Part shown: in pieces, positions 7,268-7,498 of the stretch
How the letters are laid out: every line of letters begins with the position of its first letter
Position numbering within the stretch: position 1 is the stretch's first letter
From: a virus
Taxonomy: Duplodnaviria; Heunggongvirae; Uroviricota; Caudoviricetes
IMG/VR virus record: IMGVR_UViG_2671180338_000015
Strand: one strand, 5' to 3'
DNA: 7,498 nucleotides
The notes under the pieces: model-generated
Seen by the model: the letters and a program-made list of their open reading frames with translations, nothing else
Told to the model about the DNA's origin: nothing
Database searches by the model: none
Translations under genes and position numbers: made by a program

Positions 7268-7498
7268 TTAACCCGCAGTGCTTTCAACTGATGAGGGGAA
7301 CAAAATCTTTTCATCAAACCCTGCATTCATATCATGAACAGCAACACACCAATCCATCGACGAACGATTATCAAGAGCCTCCATGATTTCATCCATGCGG
7401 CGTAGGTCATACAGGTAAATGCTTTTATCGCCAATGGTGTAAAAGCCAATTTTTTTCGGTGATGGATGAGGTGTACTGGCAATAGCGGACACTACCAT
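7268..7498 (-). CDS. Hypothetical protein, C-terminal part (probably continues beyond the window end)
   Basis: ORF track 7268..7498. Its stop TAA (7270..7268) is embedded in the SD of the next gene, implying an operon. The ATG at the window edge may be coincidental. Confidence 0.45.
   Translation of the reverse strand: MVVSAIASTPHPSPKKIGFYTIGDKSIYLYDLRRMDEIMEALDNRSSMDWCVAVHDMNAGFDEKILFPSSVESTAG

Noticed and set aside
7041-7386. ORFs 7041..7232 (-) and 7108..7386 (+) from the ORF track
   Set aside because: Both overlap the 55-codon minus-strand ORF in other frames. That ORF has a canonical AAGGAG SD and ATGA coupling to the next gene, so it is preferred.

Overview
This window reads as the nin/late-regulatory region of a defective lambdoid (Qin-like) prophage from an Escherichia/Shigella-type genome, with almost all genes on the minus strand. 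Reading in transcription order (high to low coordinates): a tightly coupled operon of three small uncharacterised genes (7498->6749), a complete hok/mok type I toxin locus with its own promoter, complementary 5'/3' ends and terminator (6661->6201), a small Rem-position gene, a 92-codon ORF, a DUF968-like protein with an HNH-like Cys/His cluster, and a rusA fragment running into an 11-N scaffold gap (4194-4204). Then comes a nested insertion: an IS21-family element (istA/istB) sitting inside the left end of IS2. Below that is a second module: 85-aa gene, rusA, a Q-like gene, then a tandem repeat of about 734 bp giving a truncated rusA and a second, diverged Q-like copy that runs off the window start. 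The most interesting items are the small-gene cassette occupying the slot that relBE holds in K-12 Qin, and the mosaic tandem Q/rusA duplication. All calls come from reading the sequence and recalled protein families; no database search was run, and family names (Q-like, DUF968, IS21 family, IS2) rest on memory of motifs and gene order.
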